A stretch of 64,000 nucleotides of DNA, from positions 65,501 to 129,500 of the IMG/VR virus record IMGVR_UViG_3300037245_004243; one strand, 5' to 3'. Shown here in pieces: positions 53,915 through 62,716 of the stretch; within the stretch, counting starts at the first letter, position 1; each line of letters begins with the position of its first letter. A program made the translations under genes and the position numbers. Under the pieces are notes generated by a model, which was given only the letters and a program-made list of their open reading frames with translations, did no database searches and was not told the origin of the DNA. This DNA comes from an uncultured virus (IMG/VR IMGVR_UViG_3300037245_004243) (taxonomy: Duplodnaviria > Heunggongvirae > Uroviricota > Caudoviricetes).

Positions 53915-54259
53915 ATGATTAGCTTGCAAGGAAAGAGAGACACTATTTGCCTGAACGAAAAATTATTCCTTATTCCTAAAAATAAATGGGAAACGCTGTG
54001 CAAATATATCAACCGCCGTCGAAACGGGGCCGTGATAACCAGAACGAAACTCATGGAACATTTGTATGTGACAATGGGTCGTCGGCATGGTTCTCATCAA
54101 TCCATTGACACGTATAGGAATTATTTAACAAAAGCCGGGTTTCTGCGTATAATAGGACCAGGAAAATATGAAAAGGTTAAAACGATTCCATACAAAATAT
54201 CGCGCCGGGACGTTCAGCGTCTTGGGTATGAAACTTCATGCTACTTAAAAGGTTGGTAA
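53915..54259 (+). CDS. Hypothetical, winged-helix-like
   Basis: SIDTYRNYLTKAGFL....GKY. Confidence 0.5.
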   Translation: MISLQGKRDTICLNEKLFLIPKNKWETLCKYINRRRNGAVITRTKLMEHLYVTMGRRHGSHQSIDTYRNYLTKAGFLRIIGPGKYEKVKTIPYKISRRDVQRLGYETSCYLKGW

Positions 54260-54260
54260 A

Positions 54261-54620
54261 ATGGAACACATATTTATTATAATTGGTAAAATGGAACACA
54301 TCTCGTTATTTACTATAATAGCATTCGTTATGTGGGCCATCGGTGTTTTTGTCGATTGTATGACAACGACCGCCGATAATTTTCGATATCATGAAGACAA
54401 TTCAATTTTCGGCGGATTCACAACGCATGATAATCGTGATTTGGTTACACGTGATGTCCGGCTGGCATTGATCTGGCCACTTCGATTATTATTCTATGTG
54501 GTTGTGACCGGAATATGGATATTCAATGATATTCTTGCCGGGTGTTTTCTTGTCTTTGCATTTAAATATAAACGAACCCGTTTATATAATTGGATTGACA
54601 CTAAAACAAACCTGCTGTAA
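54261..54620 (+). CDS. Membrane protein
   Basis: Two or three hydrophobic segments, LALIWPL. Confidence 0.55.
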   Translation: MEHIFIIIGKMEHISLFTIIAFVMWAIGVFVDCMTTTADNFRYHEDNSIFGGFTTHDNRDLVTRDVRLALIWPLRLLFYVVVTGIWIFNDILAGCFLVFAFKYKRTRLYNWIDTKTNLL

Positions 54621-54635
54621 ATACTCCTTGGGGAT

Positions 54636-54643
54636 GGTAAATA
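54636..54643 (+). promoter_or_regulatory. Putative late promoter GGTAAATA
   Basis: Upstream of a structural-looking gene; TGTAAATA also at 54616. Confidence 0.55.
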
Positions 54644-54681
54644 GTTTTAAATACCGAATTAATTTAAAAAGGAGAAAAAAT

Positions 54682-55734
54682 ATGTCAAAATTTAATGTTG
54701 CCGAAGACGCCGCTGCTTTAGATACTGTTGGCGAATTAGACGGCACTGAAATAATTGAAATATCTAAGGCTGGAAAAGGTGGTCGCATAGCTATGTCTCA
54801 AGTCCATGCTTTGGAATTAACTCCCGTTAATGGGGTTGCATCTGCTGGAAAATTGACATCATCTGGTGCGATGGTCGCCGGAACGCATGCGGTTTCCGTT
54901 TTAACCAGTGATACGACAAACCAAAGCGAAGGCGATACAGTCACAATCGGAACGACCGTGTATACATTCCGCGCCGATCCGACCTTACCGTATGACATTG
55001 ATATTGGAGTAAGCGCCGAGGCATCACTGGATAATCTCTTCCAGGCAATCAAGGCAGGAACTGGCGAGGGAACTTCTTATGGGACCGGCACATTAGCACA
55101 TCCAGACGTTATGAGCACTGACGCCAATGCAACAACTCTGACAATCCAGGCAAAGATTCCAGGCACGGTGCCTAATTCGATTGCAACAACCGAGGAAGGG
55201 GATCACACATCTTGGGCCGATACCACACTCGGAGGCGGAACTGGTGCTTCGGTTGCTGGCGTCACCACAGCAGGAGCCTTGCTTACGATTGGATCAAGAG
55301 TTTATACAATCGTTGATGAATTATCAGAAACCGCTGCTGATGCCATCGTTGACCAGATTTTATACGGTGCCAATGAAGCATCAATGATTGCTAATTTTAA
55401 ATTGGCCCTCAATGCCGGGGCATCTGCCGGAACGAATTATTCAACGGGAACTGTTGTGAATGCTCTTGTTGTTGGCGGGGCCAGTGACGCCACAACTATG
55501 GTAATCACCGCAAAGGTCAAAGGAACTGCCGGGGATGATATAGCAACTCTTGAAAGTCTGGCCAATACCGTATTTGATGACGTGACCCTCGGAACAGAGG
55601 TTGCCGGTGTTGATGGGACCGTCGGCAAAAAGGGCCAAACGGCATTTGATGCCACTAACATCTATATTTGCAAGGTTGATAGTGGGACAGGTGATACCGG
55701 AAACTGGCGAAAAGTCGCACACGGCGCTATTTAA
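54682..55734 (+). CDS. Virion structural/fibre or decoration protein with internal duplication
   Basis: RBS AAGGAG, ATG 54682; T/A/G-rich; TIG..VYT...L..A.....GT.Y.TGT...T....AK..GT....IAT.E twice; C-terminal GKKGQ.AFD..NIYIC...NW.KVA. Confidence 0.65.
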   Translation: MSKFNVAEDAAALDTVGELDGTEIIEISKAGKGGRIAMSQVHALELTPVNGVASAGKLTSSGAMVAGTHAVSVLTSDTTNQSEGDTVTIGTTVYTFRADPTLPYDIDIGVSAEASLDNLFQAIKAGTGEGTSYGTGTLAHPDVMSTDANATTLTIQAKIPGTVPNSIATTEEGDHTSWADTTLGGGTGASVAGVTTAGALLTIGSRVYTIVDELSETAADAIVDQILYGANEASMIANFKLALNAGASAGTNYSTGTVVNALVVGGASDATTMVITAKVKGTAGDDIATLESLANTVFDDVTLGTEVAGVDGTVGKKGQTAFDATNIYICKVDSGTGDTGNWRKVAHGAI

Positions 55735-55756
55735 GAAATCCATTCCCACAAATAAG

Positions 55757-55791
55757 AGGCGAGCAAACTCCATAATTGCTCGCCTTTTTTT
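55757..55791 (+). terminator. Intrinsic terminator
   Basis: AGGCGAGCAA-actccataa-TTGCTCGCCT followed by T-run. Confidence 0.85.
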
Positions 55792-55820
55792 GTGACAAAG
55801 GCCAGAGTTAATAGTATAAT
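55792..55820 (+). promoter_or_regulatory. Sigma70-type promoter GTGACA-N17-TATAAT for dam
   Basis: Directly after the terminator. Confidence 0.6.
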
Positions 55821-55858
55821 AGTTTAATATGAAATCTTAACCATAAGGAAGGTGCATA

Positions 55859-56647
55859 ATCCAATATTTCGGAGGTAAGCATTTCACTGCTAAAAAGACG
55901 ACCGATCTGCTCAAAATGATGATGTCTAAAAACCAGGAATACATCGAGCCATTTGTCGGCGCCGCCTGGATTGTTTCAAATATGAAAGCCGCCAAGCGAT
56001 CTGCCAGCGACACAAATCCATATTTGATCGAATTATATAAGGCACTGCAAGCAGGATGGAAGCCGCCAGCAGAAGTTGGCGAGGAGTTATATAAGGATTT
56101 GAGACGGTGTACCGGAAAGCAAAAGCAGGATGGTCCGCAGATACCGCTTGATGAAACTCCAGATTTTCTCGGAGACGGTAAACAACTCGCCCTGATAGGA
56201 TTTGCGGGGTGCGCCTGTAGCTTTGCCGGGATTTGGTATGGTTCATATGCCAGAGACCCTCGGCATCTTGGGATGAACTTTGCTGAAAAGGGACAGACGA
56301 CGCTCCTTCGATTGACCGCTTATATTCGAGATGTCGAATTCCGGTGCTGTTCCTACGATGAATGGAATCCTGAAGGGGCCATGATATATTGTGATCCGCC
56401 ATACAATTCGACCAATCAGCCATATTTTTCAAAGGTATTTGATACAGACAAATTTTGGGAGACTATGCGAAAATGGTCTGAAAACAATATCGTTGTTATT
56501 TCGGAATATTCCGCGCCGGATGACTTTCCGGTAATCGCCTCCCTGCCGACCAAGACGAAAATAGATTGTAAGACCGCCGCCGATGCACGCCGGGCAGAAA
56601 AAATATTTTCAAAAACCCCTTATGACCCTTTCGGAGGGATATTTTAA
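55859..56647 (+). CDS. dam: DNA adenine methyltransferase (Dam/D12 class), probable non-canonical start
   Basis: In-frame QYFGGK at 55862 upstream of the first ATG (55916); YIEPFVGAA, SD.N..LI, IYCDPPY, ISEY. Confidence 0.88.
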   Translation: MQYFGGKHFTAKKTTDLLKMMMSKNQEYIEPFVGAAWIVSNMKAAKRSASDTNPYLIELYKALQAGWKPPAEVGEELYKDLRRCTGKQKQDGPQIPLDETPDFLGDGKQLALIGFAGCACSFAGIWYGSYARDPRHLGMNFAEKGQTTLLRLTAYIRDVEFRCCSYDEWNPEGAMIYCDPPYNSTNQPYFSKVFDTDKFWETMRKWSENNIVVISEYSAPDDFPVIASLPTKTKIDCKTAADARRAEKIFSKTPYDPFGGIF

Positions 56648-56659
56648 GGAGACTGAAAT

Positions 56660-56845
56660 ATGATTTGTTTTACAAATGATGACAGAATTGATGGAGCTGG
56701 AGCTGAAGAAAAACTCAAAAAGCTGACCGATATGACCAGGCGCCTTTTCCTGGTCGTCTATAAGGAACGTGGATATCAGACGCCGTTTATCGAACTGGAA
56801 CTGGAATTCATGAATATTACCGGGGAGGATGTAGACGGAATATAA
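56660..56845 (+). CDS. Small hypothetical
   Basis: RBS AAGGAG. Confidence 0.5.
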   Translation: MICFTNDDRIDGAGAEEKLKKLTDMTRRLFLVVYKERGYQTPFIELELEFMNITGEDVDGI

Positions 56846-56915
56846 GTCCGATTAAAGCCCAATTATGGGGTTAACTGGACATATTTGTCATCACATATAA
56901 ATAAATGGGGCACTT

Positions 56916-57455
56916 ATGACAATATTAATTTCAATGGATATGGCAATGCGATCTTCCGGTATTATGGCTTTAACATCGGAAAATAACGTAATAGGATTTG
57001 AGGTAATAAAAACCAGGCTTGAAGATTTTCCTGATCACGAAGACATGATAATTCATGTTGTCAGGGAAACGATCAGGTTTATCACCGAATTTGAAGGCGA
57101 TTTTTTCGTGATTGAAGGGTTAGCGCATGGGGCCAAAAATGCTTCATTTGATGTGATTGCCGGGCTATTCTGGTCAATCAGATGCGCTATCTGGAAACAT
57201 TTTATTGAACTGCCAATCGGTATTGTGCCGGTAACTTCCTGGCGGAGCAAGGTTTTAAATAAGGAAGACCGCGCTTACGCCAAGGAAAATTACTCCCCGA
57301 AAGCGGACGTCATGAAAATTGCGACGGTTAAGAAATTACCACTCGAACTCTATGAGTGGTTTACCGCATATGTTGAATGTTCTGGATTTAATAAAAAGTC
57401 CATCTATGATTTAGCGGACGCATACTTTTTGGGTGTATACCGGAATTCATTATGA
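56916..57455 (+). CDS. RuvC-like (RNase H fold) Holliday junction resolvase
   Basis: ISMDMAMRSSG, FVIEGLA, VPVTSWRS, DLADAY. Confidence 0.8.
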   Translation: MTILISMDMAMRSSGIMALTSENNVIGFEVIKTRLEDFPDHEDMIIHVVRETIRFITEFEGDFFVIEGLAHGAKNASFDVIAGLFWSIRCAIWKHFIELPIGIVPVTSWRSKVLNKEDRAYAKENYSPKADVMKIATVKKLPLELYEWFTAYVECSGFNKKSIYDLADAYFLGVYRNSL

Positions 57456-57620
57456 GATATTTCGGGCCAACCAACCTGGATTCTGGTATGTACTATGCAC
57501 CATATCCGCCTTCATGGACAAGATATATTCCATCACTTAAACAAATTATATGTGATCAACTATTCTTTTGGTCAAATTATCTGCTTTTGAAATTAATGCT
57601 TCGTATTTTGCTTTTTATTT

Positions 57621-57680
57621 AAAATAAAGCTAAAGTTTCCTTGACATAGGCCGATATAGTGTTTAGTATTGGACAATAAC
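57621..57680 (+). promoter_or_regulatory. Composite promoter: TAAAGTTT-N11-GCCGATAT nested with TTGACA-N17-TAGTAT
   Basis: TAAA 57631, TTGACA 57641, GCCGATAT 57650, TAGTAT 57664. Confidence 0.78.
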
Positions 57681-57695
57681 AAAGGAGAAATAAAT

Positions 57696-57884
57696 ATGAA
57701 AGCTTACGGACTCCCAAGAAACGACGATGTAGAAAACCCCGATGTTGCGGACATCAAATTTTATGGCCTGAATACCTCGGCTGGAGGCCGCGACTATTTC
57801 AAAAACAAAAGCGCAAAGGCTGCGACCAGACGCGGATGGAAACGTCGCGCACGCCGGGCCAACAAAAATCTTTGTAAAAGGTAA
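57696..57884 (+). CDS. Small Arg-rich hypothetical
   Basis: RBS AAGGAG; MKAYGLPRN..PDVADIK.YGL..KAATRRGWKRRARR. Confidence 0.65.
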   Translation: MKAYGLPRNDDVENPDVADIKFYGLNTSAGGRDYFKNKSAKAATRRGWKRRARRANKNLCKR

Positions 57885-57943
57885 AATAAAGCTAAAGTTT
57901 CCTTGACATAGGCCGATAACAGTTATAGTATTGGACAATAAAC
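57883..57943 (+). promoter_or_regulatory. Composite promoter: TAAAGTTT-N11-GCCGATAA nested with TTGACA-N17-TAGTAT
   Basis: TAAAGTTT 57893, TTGACA 57903, GCCGATAA 57912, TAGTAT 57926; matches the full FliA consensus. Confidence 0.8.
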
Positions 57944-57957
57944 AAGGAGAAATAAAT

Positions 57958-58377
57958 ATGAACGATCATGCCTTAGAAAACCCGAAAGACTTTGTATTAG
58001 CCGGAAAGGCCATTTTTACCGTACAGAACGAGAAAACGGGCAACCGCTTCACTTATAAAGTAACCCAATCCGAAAACTTAATGATCTGGTTCGTGTCGGT
58101 ATTAAACGGACCCGATAATTTCGCCTACATCGGCACCGTCTTTGCGAATAATTTTCATGTACAAACGCTTAACTTCCGATGGACTAAAAAATCCACGGTA
58201 ACCGAAGCCGCCCAAAGTTTTCAGGTATTTTCCTGGATGATAAAAAACAATCTCACCTTACCAACTTTCGTAAAAATTCACCATGCAGGATTCTGCGGCA
58301 GATGTGGACGCCGCCTTACGGTACCTGCTTCAATCAAAACTGGACTTGGTCCAATATGTGCAAATAGGGAGAATTAA
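57958..58377 (+). CDS. DUF6011-like Zn-finger protein
   Basis: FVLAGKA.FTV....GNRFTYKV..FVSVL.GPDN; CGRCGRRLTVPASI..GLGPICA. Confidence 0.7.
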   Translation: MNDHALENPKDFVLAGKAIFTVQNEKTGNRFTYKVTQSENLMIWFVSVLNGPDNFAYIGTVFANNFHVQTLNFRWTKKSTVTEAAQSFQVFSWMIKNNLTLPTFVKIHHAGFCGRCGRRLTVPASIKTGLGPICANREN

Positions 58378-58379
58378 AT

Positions 58380-58601
58380 ATGAGTTTACAAGACGACGTA
58401 AAAACGGTATATAACGCATTAAAGGGATCGGCGCATCCTGATTGGCCAAAGCCGGCAAAAGATGATTTTAATGGCAAATATCTACCTTTCAAGGCTTTTG
58501 AGAGAATCTGTGATCAACTTCCAAACTTTTGTCCGCATCCGAAATATGATCCGACCTATGAAGAAGCACTGAAATCGGTAAAACGAGCATCAAACTCATA
58601 A
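58380..58601 (+). CDS. Small hypothetical
   Basis: RBS GGGAG. Confidence 0.55.
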   Translation: MSLQDDVKTVYNALKGSAHPDWPKPAKDDFNGKYLPFKAFERICDQLPNFCPHPKYDPTYEEALKSVKRASNS

Positions 58602-58607
58602 GGAGAA

Positions 58608-58991
58608 TTGAAAATGGAAGCCCTTGTTTTTGAAACGATGATTGAGGAAATGGCACGGGAATCGGGCAAGCATATCGATATTATTATAAATGAACTCGCC
58701 AGGCATTATGAGGTAAAAGAACGGCATATCACCGATCTCCTCAAAACAATCGATTCCAAATTCACCGACGAAACCAATCGGATTGTCGGGTATATAGATG
58801 GAGAGCCGATGAAACGGACCACTTACCATATGGCGTGCAAACGGATCTATGAAAAGCTCATCAAGGGATTCAAGAAATCTGAAATTTTTGATCCGACCGA
58901 CCAAGAGCACATAAACTTTCTTACCGAAACCACTTATTCATATCTGAAAAATAAAGCCAGATGTGACGGGCTTGCCCTTTCGGAGGTATAA
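58608..58991 (+). CDS. Hypothetical
   Basis: RBS AAGGAG. Confidence 0.55.
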   Translation: MKMEALVFETMIEEMARESGKHIDIIINELARHYEVKERHITDLLKTIDSKFTDETNRIVGYIDGEPMKRTTYHMACKRIYEKLIKGFKKSEIFDPTDQEHINFLTETTYSYLKNKARCDGLALSEV

Positions 58992-58999
58992 TACTTATT

Positions 59000-59239
59000 A
59001 TGAAAAAGAAAAATCAAACGACCGGGTATATGATGTCTATTCTAAAGGACCCTCATTTGAGCAATTTCCATTGTCACCATAACTCTCCCTGTGTAGTTTG
59101 CCACGGCCTTGAAGAAGAAATGATTCGAGTTGGGGCCGTCATTTTTTGCAAAGTATGTGTCGAATTTAGTTTTACAAGCGATGACCCGGTACGCAAAGAG
59201 CGTGAAACTTATTTAAAATGGTTACATAAAAGGAGTTAA
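59000..59239 (+). CDS. Small Zn-binding hypothetical
   Basis: CVVC..FCKVC. Confidence 0.55.
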   Translation: MKKKNQTTGYMMSILKDPHLSNFHCHHNSPCVVCHGLEEEMIRVGAVIFCKVCVEFSFTSDDPVRKERETYLKWLHKRS

Positions 59240-59244
59240 AGTAT

Positions 59245-60510
59245 ATGGCCAACACTTTATTTAGTGCTTTGAAAAAGGCGTCAGAGAATCAGTTTGCTTT
59301 TAGCATCGATGAAGAAAACCCCTATGAGGTAAAGGAATGGATTGATACCGGGTGCTTTGTTCTGAATGCTATATTATCGGACGGTGATATGAATAAAGGC
59401 ATTCCCGGTGGCAAGCGCATTATGATTGCCGGGGAATCCGGTGTCGCAAAATCCCTTTTTATCGCTATTATGACCAAGGCATATCTGGACCAGGTCGAGA
59501 ATTCATCGATTGTATTTTTTGAGTCTGAGGCATCCACGATAGTCGAAATGGCTAAATCGATAGGTATACCGGAAGACAAAATGATGGTTTGCCCTGTTGG
59601 AACCATTGAAGAATTCCGGACGCAGTCGGTCAGAATCCTTGATAAAGTCGTTGAAATGAATGTTGCCATCGATAAAAAGAATGCCGCCATCGAAACCGAA
59701 AATCTCAAGAAAAAGAATGCGGACAACCAAAAGCCGCTCCTCAAGCATCATAAACCTATATTCGTGCTCGACTCGTTGGGCAACCTTGGGACTTTTGCAG
59801 AGAATGAGATCATCCGGTTAGATAAGAGAGGGAAGGGCAAGAAATCGCAAACACGCGATATGACGCGAGCTCAGTTGATACGAGGTATGAGCCGGGCCAT
59901 TTCCCTTAAAATTGCAATGGCTCAAATCCCCCTCCTGTTCACCAATCATACTTACAAGGTTATGGCAGAATACACGCCGGATGAAACGTCGGGAGGTGGG
60001 GGAGTAAAATATATGTCCGATATCTGTCTGATTCTGACCAAGGCAAAAGAAAAGGATGAGAGCAAAAAGCAGACTGGTATTATCGTCACGATCACGACCA
60101 GAAAATCCCGGTATATGAAAGAAAACAAATCGGTCAAAGTATTGATATCATTTGAGCGAGGATTATATCGATTTTCTGATATGGTGAACAAAGCCGCCGA
60201 GTTGGGAGTGCTCAAAAAGGATGGTCAAAGTTATCTTTTCCCTCCAGACTTTTCCAAAGATGGTAAAATAAAAATGAAGGATGTGCGACAACACACATCC
60301 AAATATTTTAAAGCTGAACTTTTTGACGCCCTCCGCGATGCAATCAAAACTGACTTTGGATTTGGCATTGACGACGGCAAGTTTGGGTTTTTTGATGACA
60401 TGGAGGATATACCAGATGATGACGCAGATGAAGAAGAAATTGATGGCTTGCTTGAGGATTTTAGTGAGGCGGCGCCGGGAAGCCCGGCAGATTCCGACAA
60501 AGCTGAGTGA
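59245..60510 (+). CDS. uvsX: RecA-like recombinase UvsX
   Basis: WIDTG..LNA.LS, IAGESGVAKS, FFESE, LDSLGNL, RDMTRAQ, TNHTY, SGGGG..Y. Confidence 0.92.
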   Translation: MANTLFSALKKASENQFAFSIDEENPYEVKEWIDTGCFVLNAILSDGDMNKGIPGGKRIMIAGESGVAKSLFIAIMTKAYLDQVENSSIVFFESEASTIVEMAKSIGIPEDKMMVCPVGTIEEFRTQSVRILDKVVEMNVAIDKKNAAIETENLKKKNADNQKPLLKHHKPIFVLDSLGNLGTFAENEIIRLDKRGKGKKSQTRDMTRAQLIRGMSRAISLKIAMAQIPLLFTNHTYKVMAEYTPDETSGGGGVKYMSDICLILTKAKEKDESKKQTGIIVTITTRKSRYMKENKSVKVLISFERGLYRFSDMVNKAAELGVLKKDGQSYLFPPDFSKDGKIKMKDVRQHTSKYFKAELFDALRDAIKTDFGFGIDDGKFGFFDDMEDIPDDDADEEEIDGLLEDFSEAAPGSPADSDKAE

Positions 60511-60703
60511 TGACGACTATGCCGTCATCAAATTAAAAAAGTTTGATAATCTCGAGGTGGCCATCATGTTCGATGAAGAAAACGGAGGGATGGCCATTTC
60601 ATATGAGGACGCGCACCTGGACCCGGCAACTAAAGCCAAAGTCGAAAAAGAAATAGAAACCATAATCTCTTCGGAGATGGATAAAATTCAGGAAGAGGAG
60701 TAA
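60503..60703 (+). CDS. Small acidic hypothetical (start uncertain)
   Basis: C-terminal part of ORF 60281..60703, DDDYAVIKLKKFDN... Confidence 0.4.
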   Translation: MSDDDYAVIKLKKFDNLEVAIMFDEENGGMAISYEDAHLDPATKAKVEKEIETIISSEMDKIQEEE

Positions 60704-60706
60704 TAA

Positions 60707-61042
60707 ATGGCTCAATACGAATTCAAATGTAAATGTGGAAAAGTTTACACAGTTTTAGATTATAAAAATCAGGCGAATCACAAACATCCATGTCCAGATT
60801 GTGGCGCCATGAATGAAAAGGTCATATCTCCAGTCACCGTCGTTTTGAAGCGAGGCGGGGTCGGATGGGCAAAGGACGGGTATAGCGCCGAGCGCAGCAT
60901 GGCCGACGGTCCCGAACCACGAGGTGGTGACCGCCATAAAAGATCGGGCAAAACGGTCGTGCCGGTACGAGGTGGATTCTCTCTCGAGCCAGATAAAGAC
61001 ACATCCAAAAAGAAAAAACCTATGATCAAGGTCAAAAAATAA
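60707..61042 (+). CDS. FmdB-family zinc-ribbon protein
   Basis: QYEFKCKCG..CPDCG...KVIS..V.LK.GG.GW..DGY. Confidence 0.8.
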   Translation: MAQYEFKCKCGKVYTVLDYKNQANHKHPCPDCGAMNEKVISPVTVVLKRGGVGWAKDGYSAERSMADGPEPRGGDRHKRSGKTVVPVRGGFSLEPDKDTSKKKKPMIKVKK

Positions 61043-61136
61043 GAATGGTGGAATAGAAGCCGCCGAACATAAAAGAGTCTCCCAATATGGCTTTCATTTA
61101 GGCTTTTGGCCATAACCTCTATGCCACATTTTTATT

Positions 61137-61165
61137 TTGACAATTTACCCAAGACAGGATATTAT
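61137..61165 (+). promoter_or_regulatory. Sigma70-type promoter TTGACA-N17-TATTAT for gp41
   Basis: Immediately upstream of helicase ATG. Confidence 0.55.
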
Positions 61166-61170
61166 AGGTT

Positions 61171-62553
61171 ATGGAGCATATTTTACTGGAACAACTTCTG
61201 GAGAATCACGCTTTTTCCAAGAGAGTCATCCCATATATCCAGTCGGATTACTTTGATGAGTTTGAAGACCGGACTATTTTCCAATGCATCCGATCATATG
61301 TTGGGCAATATCACAAATGTCCAACATATAATGTGATTCGGGTCGCTCTATCCAAATCTGACAAATTTACTGAAGACCAATATGAAAATTTGATGGAACG
61401 GGTAGATGGAATCGAAAAACAAACCAAGGAAAATTATAATGATGATTGGCTTTTCGATGAAACAGAGAACTGGTGCCGCCAGCAAGCGATAGATAATGCG
61501 ATAGTCGCCGCCTCTGAAATTCTACAGGATACTGAACAGCCAAACGGACAGGTTTTTGATTTAGTTAAAAACGCCCTGGCCGTCAATTTCGATACACATA
61601 TGGGGATTGATTTCTTTAACGAGAAATCAATCGCCGAGCGATGGAAATTATATAATGCAGTAACAACCAAATTTGCCACGAAAATTCACAATTTTAATCT
61701 GGTTACCGGAGGCGGATTAGAGCCCAAAACTTTATCCTGTGTTATGGGTGATACAGGGGAAGGCAAAACAAATTGTATGGCATCGATATCTGCTGACCTG
61801 GTGTCGAACGGCCATAACGTTTTGTATATTACCGGGGAGATGTCGGAAGAGAAAATATCTCAAAAGCATGAAGCCAATTGGCTAAATGTAGAAATAAACG
61901 ACATTCCGGATATGGATTTTAATGCATTTTCATCCAAAATCGTCTCCCTCAAGCAGAAATCATATGGCCAATTAATAATAAAGGAATTTCCGACCGGGGC
62001 ATTTAGTGCAAATTCTATCCGCGCACATTTAGAAGAATTGAAAATTAAAAAGGATTTTGTGCCGCAGATATTGGTTGTCGATTATATCAATTTATTATTT
62101 TCAGATCGATTTAGAGATGCAAATTCATACACTATTGTCAAGGCAGTTGCCGAGGAGTTAAGAGGCCTCGCCGTCGAATACAAAATTGCTATTTTGACAG
62201 GCACGCAGGTAAACAGGGGAGGGGCCGGGGGACAGCCGGATATGACAGATGTTGCGGAATCATATGGTTTGCCAGCAACCTGCGACTTCTTATGGGCGAT
62301 CTGGTCGACCGAAGAGCTGAAAGAAGCAAACATCCAAATATGGAATCCACTTAAAAACAGGTTTACCGGGATATTGAATTTTAAATTCGGGGTGCATACC
62401 GAGTTTTCATATGGCCGGACATCTGATTTGACCAAGGGTCAACGGGCCGAAACGATTATTGAAAATAGCGCAAAAACGAAAAAAAGGATGCAAAAGTTTC
62501 ACGATAAATTAAAACTAAAACAGTTATCGGTAAATAGAAGTGTGGAAGAATAA
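61171..62553 (+). CDS. gp41: Replicative DnaB-like helicase gp41
   Basis: VIPYI..DYF, WLFDETE.WC, T.GG...KTL...G.TG.GK, NVLYIT.EMSEE, LIIKEFPT, VDYIN, AEELRGLA, TQVNR, AESYGLPAT.D, KNR. Confidence 0.95.
   Translation: MEHILLEQLLENHAFSKRVIPYIQSDYFDEFEDRTIFQCIRSYVGQYHKCPTYNVIRVALSKSDKFTEDQYENLMERVDGIEKQTKENYNDDWLFDETENWCRQQAIDNAIVAASEILQDTEQPNGQVFDLVKNALAVNFDTHMGIDFFNEKSIAERWKLYNAVTTKFATKIHNFNLVTGGGLEPKTLSCVMGDTGEGKTNCMASISADLVSNGHNVLYITGEMSEEKISQKHEANWLNVEINDIPDMDFNAFSSKIVSLKQKSYGQLIIKEFPTGAFSANSIRAHLEELKIKKDFVPQILVVDYINLLFSDRFRDANSYTIVKAVAEELRGLAVEYKIAILTGTQVNRGGAGGQPDMTDVAESYGLPATCDFLWAIWSTEELKEANIQIWNPLKNRFTGILNFKFGVHTEFSYGRTSDLTKGQRAETIIENSAKTKKRMQKFHDKLKLKQLSVNRSVEE
62529..62536 (+). promoter_or_regulatory. 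Putative late promoter GGTAAATA
   Basis: At the end of gp41, upstream of tRNA-Pro and three leader-bearing genes. Confidence 0.5.
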
Positions 62554-62716
62554 GACCACCAAAATAAAACTGGTCGCTCTTTGGTTGTTGCCGGGAGGGA
62601 CGCTTTTAGTTATCGCCTATTTAATTTATTTATGGAAGAAAAATAAAGGGGAATACTATGAATGATGAAAAGGGCTCTGGCCCAATTTGCTTCAAACACT
62701 TGAAGCCTGTTAACTT

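Noticed and set aside
56895-56902. Canonical T4 late promoter TATAAATA before the RuvC-like gene (also near 41886)
   Set aside because: Isolated occurrences in AT-rich spacers and absent upstream of the main structural genes; may be a tolerated variant but not supportable as the consensus.
59650-59750. Charged insertion in UvsX (EMNVAIDKKNAAIETENLKKKNADNQK)
   Set aside because: A short helical loop insertion with no sign of a mobile element; catalytic motifs intact.
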